Part shown: piece by piece, positions 59,920 to 64,000 of the stretch | Position numbering within the stretch: position 1 is the stretch's first letter | Layout: each line of letters begins with the position of its first letter | Source of the DNA: Promethearchaeota archaeon | GTDB taxonomy: Archaea; Asgardarchaeota; Lokiarchaeia; Sigyniarchaeales; SOKP01 | Direction of reading: 5' to 3' | Assembly: GCA_048940445.1 (NCBI GenBank) | Contig: JBHLON010000003.1 | Coordinates: 1 to 64,000, forward strand | DNA: 64,000 bases | The notes under the pieces: model-generated | What the model was told of the DNA's origin: nothing | The model's database searches: none | Seen by the model: the letters and a program-made list of their open reading frames with translations, nothing else | Translations under genes and position numbers: made by a program

Positions 59920-60657
59920 TTAAGCAGACGGTTTTATTTTACGTACTTTAATCGTTTGAAGAATAAGTATTATTGTACCAAAAATTAAAAAGAACAATAA
60001 AAGTAAACCTATAGGGTCCTTTAAAATTTGACTACCTTGAATAAATACAAAAAATAAATAAAAAACAAATCCAAAAATGTATATTATTAAATATAATGAT
60101 ACTCGAGGAATTACTCTGTTCCTAATACGAATATAAAATTTGAAGATCCCATTTTTTATCTCCTCTTTTATATAATATTTTCCTTCCACTTCATCTTTCA
60201 ACAACAATCCCGCATCAATAAGTTTAGTTATCTGATAAGAGACCGTTCCGGATGAAGATATATCCAAAGCTTTCTGAATCTCTCGTATTCCCGCTAATCC
60301 ATGTGTAAATACATACCAATAAATTTGAAGAGTTTTGCCTTCCAATAGCAGTTCTTTAGTAGGTTTATGAGTAATCATCTCAATTTCAGGTTTATCTAAA
60401 AAACTTAGACTAAAGATAATAATACCATATGCGATAAAAGCTGAAATCGAGATAAAAATATAAAGGTCTATCATCAAAATTCCTTGAGAATAGATTATCA
60501 AAAACGTAATTGTCATTATCCCATGAAGAATTATAATATAATGAAAAACTCTTTTAAGATAATAAACTATGAAATTTTTTGAATAAGCTTTTCGAGATTC
60601 AAATCCCCCAGAACTTTTAACTTTTTCATCTTGTTGGTTTGTTTTTTTTATTACCAT
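59920..60657 (-). CDS. Membrane-anchored winged-helix protein
   Basis: GKTLQIYWY....AGIREIQKALDISSSGTVSYQITKL...GL flanked by TM pairs. Confidence 0.75.
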   Translation of the reverse strand: MVIKKTNQQDEKVKSSGGFESRKAYSKNFIVYYLKRVFHYIIILHGIMTITFLIIYSQGILMIDLYIFISISAFIAYGIIIFSLSFLDKPEIEMITHKPTKELLLEGKTLQIYWYVFTHGLAGIREIQKALDISSSGTVSYQITKLIDAGLLLKDEVEGKYYIKEEIKNGIFKFYIRIRNRVIPRVSLYLIIYIFGFVFYLFFVFIQGSQILKDPIGLLLLFFLIFGTIILILQTIKVRKIKPSA

Positions 60658-60863
60658 TAAAAATCCTAATCCTCCTTAATATAAGCTATTCTTTTTCAAC
60701 TTTTAAACCTTGCTCAAATCTATTGGATTAATTGTTCAAAAGTTCGAACACGAAAACCTATTTAAATCTATTAGTGCTTTTTAATTATAGCAAAAATAGT
60801 TCGATATTCAGTTTCCTTTATTAAAATTTACTTAATAGAAAAAATTAAGGATGTTTTTGGACA

Positions 60864-61883
60864 ATGAGTATGATAAAATATATTATTAGAAGATTGCTCG
60901 CAATTATACCAGTACTCTTTGGTGTACTGACATTAACATTTATTTTATCAAGATTTATGCCCGGGGATCCTGTTCTCGCATATTTACCGGAAGGTCATGT
61001 AAATCCTGAACAGTACAGACGGGTGATGCATTTACTAGGATTAGATCAACCCCTCTATATACAATATTTTCGGTATCTTGGTGATTTATTTACGGGGAAT
61101 TGGGGTATTTCTGTCTCGATTGTGCGAGGGATGCCAGTTTGGGATTTAATTATGGTCAGTTTACCTCGAACCGTTGATATTGCTATTTTATCCATTATTA
61201 TAGCTGCGTTTGTGGGTATAAAAACAGGAGTCATTTCTGCAAAACATCGAAATAAAGCAAAGGACACCATCTTCAGAGGCATGTCATTAATTGGGGTCGC
61301 TGTCCCGGTTTTCTTTCTTGGTATGTTATTACAATATATTTTGGGTTACATCTGGCCTATTTTTCCGACAACTGGATTTAAGACATATAGTTATCCTGAT
61401 CCCAACTTTGTCACTGGATTCAGGTGGATCGATGCGTTAATTTCTGGTAAAATTTATATGGTGTCTGACTATTTTTATCATTTGATCTTACCCGTGTTTT
61501 GCTTATCATTCATCTCATTGGCAGGAATCGTAAGACAGACGCGATCCAGCATGTTGGAAGTATTAGAGCAGGATTACGTAAGAACTGCAAGGGCAAAAGG
61601 CTGTAAAGAGAAGGATGTTATCAATACCCATGCTAGAAAAAATGCTATGATCCCTACCACTACTGTGATTGGCTTGAGTTTTGCTGGTCTTTTATCAGGT
61701 GCTGTTCTCACAGAGACAACATTTGGATTAAATGGAATAGGTCAATTGCTTATTCAATCCATTCGTAATTCAGATTATTGGGTGCTCAATGGATTAGTCT
61801 TTTTCTTCTCGATAATATTTGTTATTATCAATTTAATCACAGATTTAATCTATGGGATGCTAGATCCAAGGATTCGATATTAA
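60864..61883 (+). CDS. dppB: Peptide/nickel ABC transporter permease (DppB/OppB)
   Basis: YIIRRLL, PGDP, RSSMLEVLEQDYVRTARAKG, TETTF, LDPRIRY. Confidence 0.93.
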   Translation: MSMIKYIIRRLLAIIPVLFGVLTLTFILSRFMPGDPVLAYLPEGHVNPEQYRRVMHLLGLDQPLYIQYFRYLGDLFTGNWGISVSIVRGMPVWDLIMVSLPRTVDIAILSIIIAAFVGIKTGVISAKHRNKAKDTIFRGMSLIGVAVPVFFLGMLLQYILGYIWPIFPTTGFKTYSYPDPNFVTGFRWIDALISGKIYMVSDYFYHLILPVFCLSFISLAGIVRQTRSSMLEVLEQDYVRTARAKGCKEKDVINTHARKNAMIPTTTVIGLSFAGLLSGAVLTETTFGLNGIGQLLIQSIRNSDYWVLNGLVFFFSIIFVIINLITDLIYGMLDPRIRY

Positions 61884-61936
61884 AGTAATTAAGGAGGGTG
61901 ATTTTTGCGAAAAGAAGAAGTATATAAAATCCAATT

Positions 61937-61975
61937 GGGAAAAAAGAGACAAAAAATTCTTGTCTCTTATTTCCC
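61937..61975 (+). terminator. Strong hairpin downstream of dppB
   Basis: GGGAAA-A-AAGAGACAA / TTGTCTCTT-A-TTTCCC with 7-nt loop. Confidence 0.45.
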
Positions 61976-62197
61976 TCCTTACATTTTATTACATCAACCT
62001 TCTAAAACCTTAAAAATAATCTTTTAGATACTCCCCAATTATTTTTAAAAAAATCTTAACTCCTCCAACCCATCTATTTATATTATATAGAAGGTGCCCA
62101 AATTTTTATTAATAACTTTGAATAACATATATCTTAGTTCAATTTTTTAAGAATTGAATTCCATCAGCAAAAATAGAGTAAATATGAGGAGGGAGAT

Positions 62198-62731
62198 ATG
62201 AAAGCTGGAAAGCTTCTTACAATCATTGCAGCAAGTATTGCAGTTGTAAGTATTCTTTTAGGATTGATTGCACCTCAATATTTTGGTTGGTATAGGATAG
62301 AAGGCTATACTGGAGATTCATTAGTAGTTGGACTCTATACTACTGGTTTTGGTACAATAGTCACAATGCCACCGGGTTATGTACCTTTTCAAATTATGAA
62401 TCTAACACTAGTATCAGGAATAGTATTAATAATTGGAGCTATTCTCTGTATTAATGGAGCATTAGTAGAAAAAAGAACTCTAATTAATATTGGAGGAATC
62501 TTAATAATTATAACACCTTTACTTTCTTTAATAGATGTCCAACTGGTTTCTGGGAATTTTTATATCAATGTTTTAGATATATTGGGAGGACCCGAATTTG
62601 GCACATTAATCTGGGGCAGCTATACAATAGGACCGGGCTCCGTTCTTATTTGGGGTATTTGGATTGGTGCTTTCATAGCATTTGGAGCTGGAATCTTAGC
62701 ATTAGTAGGTGCAGGCTTAAAATTAAAATAA
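62198..62731 (+). CDS. Four-TM membrane protein
   Basis: GGAGG SD; hydrophobic segments, GWY and WG.WIG motifs. Confidence 0.7.
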   Translation: MKAGKLLTIIAASIAVVSILLGLIAPQYFGWYRIEGYTGDSLVVGLYTTGFGTIVTMPPGYVPFQIMNLTLVSGIVLIIGAILCINGALVEKRTLINIGGILIIITPLLSLIDVQLVSGNFYINVLDILGGPEFGTLIWGSYTIGPGSVLIWGIWIGAFIAFGAGILALVGAGLKLK

Positions 62732-62995
62732 AATTCTTTTTTTTCTTTTAATGAAAATAGTTTTTAATTTTTAAAATAAGATAAAAATTTATAGGCTTTA
62801 GAGCTAGACTCTTTATTTTCTTCTTATTTTTTATTACACCAACTTTTTAAATCTAAAATCTATTCCCCTTTTTAACCTAAAAATAATAATAAATCTTTAT
62901 AAAAATCATTGATTTTTCTCTTTAATAGAACAAATGTAATTTTAAACCAAAAGGTTTAATCTAACATTAATAGAGTAGAATATAGGAAATCAACT

Positions 62996-64000
62996 ATGAG
63001 CAACTTAATAATTAAAAATGGATTTGTATATGACCCGCTCAATAAAATCGACGGCGAAAAGAAAGATATCTACATTAAAGATGGACTCATTGCCGAAAAA
63101 GTTAATACCGACGCAAAAGTAATCGATGCTTCTGGAATGGTAGTGATGCCGGGTGGTGTTGATATGCATACCCACATCGCTGGACCCAAAGTCAACATTG
63201 GACGAGCTCTACGACCCGAAGATAAAGTCCCTGAATCAAACCTAAAGAAAACTAAGACTACACGATCTGGAACAGGTTTTAGCGTGCTCAGTACATGGTA
63301 TACCGGTTATAAGTACGCCCAAATGGGCTATACTACAGCTGTTGAACCTGCAATGCCACTTCTCGAAGCTCGACACACCCATGAAGAATTCCTTGAAATT
63401 CCAATCATCGATAAAGCTGCCTTACCCATATACGGAAATAATTGGTTCGTCCTGAAATATATACGCGACAATGATATTGATAAACTCACTGCTTACGTGA
63501 ATTGGATACTCCAAGCAACCAAAGGATATGCCATTAAAATCGTAAATCCCGGAGGGGTAGAAAACTGGGCATGGGGAAATGTGTGGCTTTTTATAGTCTG
63601 CACCCTAGAAAATTGTGAAAGTTTAGATGACCTAGTTTTCCATTGGAGCGTAACGCCTCGAAAGATTATTGAAAGTTTGGCAAAGGTTGCTGAGATTTTG
63701 AAACTGCCACATTCAATCCATGTTCATTGTAATAATTTAGGGCATCCAGGAAACTTCAAGCATTCCCTTGAGACATTTAAAGTTTGCGAGAGCATAAAAG
63801 CTAATAATGGTCGAAAAACAAGTCTTCATGTAACCCATTGTCAATTTAATGCATACGGTGGTACAAATTGGAATGATTTCACCTCTGGAGCCGGTGAGAT
63901 TGCCGAATACGTAAATGCACATAAGCATCTTACCATTGATTGCGGTCAAGTAGTATTTACTAAATATGCAACCACTACGATGACTGGAGACGGACCATGG
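62996..64000 (+). CDS. fwdA: Formylmethanofuran dehydrogenase subunit A, 5' part (runs off the window; not in ORF track)
   Basis: MSNLIIKNGFVYDPLN...VMPGGVDMHTHIAG.KVN.GR..RPED...ARHTHEE...KIVNPGG...LPHSIHVHCNNLG.PGN...TMTGDGPW. Confidence 0.95.
   Translation, partial: MSNLIIKNGFVYDPLNKIDGEKKDIYIKDGLIAEKVNTDAKVIDASGMVVMPGGVDMHTHIAGPKVNIGRALRPEDKVPESNLKKTKTTRSGTGFSVLSTWYTGYKYAQMGYTTAVEPAMPLLEARHTHEEFLEIPIIDKAALPIYGNNWFVLKYIRDNDIDKLTAYVNWILQATKGYAIKIVNPGGVENWAWGNVWLFIVCTLENCESLDDLVFHWSVTPRKIIESLAKVAEILKLPHSIHVHCNNLGHPGNFKHSLETFKVCESIKANNGRKTSLHVTHCQFNAYGGTNWNDFTSGAGEIAEYVNAHKHLTIDCGQVVFTKYATTTMTGDGPW
63579..63608 (+). other. Candidate 30-nt bulge-helix-bulge (BHB) intron in fwdA mRNA
   Basis: Central helix GGGG(63573-76)/CCCU(63603-06), 3-nt bulges AAA(63577-79) and AGA(63607-09), inner stem-loop; cutting after the 2nd nt of each bulge gives TGG GGA AAA AAT = WGKN. 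Confidence 0.75.

Noticed and set aside
383-63949. Numerous short antisense or nested ORFs in the track (e.g. 1336..1575, 17660..17947, 49363..49746, 63737..63949)
   Set aside because: They lie opposite or within well-supported genes and have no motifs; shadow ORFs.

Overview
Strongly AT-rich archaeal DNA, most likely from an Asgard archaeon of the Lokiarchaeia/Promethearchaeota type. This is an inference from the longin-like, gelsolin-like, LRR and CUB proteins, the L13e-HhH fusion, IPGF-type sorting signals and selenocysteine use. The window is dominated by anaerobic energy metabolism: a group 3c [NiFe(Se)] hydrogenase cluster (mvhG-mvhA-vhuU-hdrCB), a second all-cysteine hdrCBA-mvhD-ferredoxin cluster with an orphan mvhG, hypC/E/D/F and cooC, ADP-forming acetyl-CoA synthetase, a cytochrome c maturation (Ccm) island with a FAD/CCG dehydrogenase pair, and the 5' part of fwdA. 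Features absent from or misread by the ORF track: (1) a 30-nt in-frame bulge-helix-bulge intron candidate in fwdA whose removal at the canonical BHB cut sites restores the conserved WGKN motif; (2) a UGA-selenocysteine vhuU gene with a SECIS-like hairpin overlapping its stop; (3) a Ccm system whose neighbouring secreted proteins carry single-cysteine HxxCH motifs and a cytochrome f-like (Y/F)P N-terminus instead of CxxCH, plus ccmD and a third, decayed paralog; (4) a ligand-less VhuU paralog; (5) 15-bp palindromic boxes in 30-31-bp phase at four promoters next to a Cys-tailed Lrp regulator; (6) two genes that need non-canonical start codons. No rRNA, tRNA, CRISPR array or transposase was recognised. 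All assignments come from reading motifs by eye; no database search was run.
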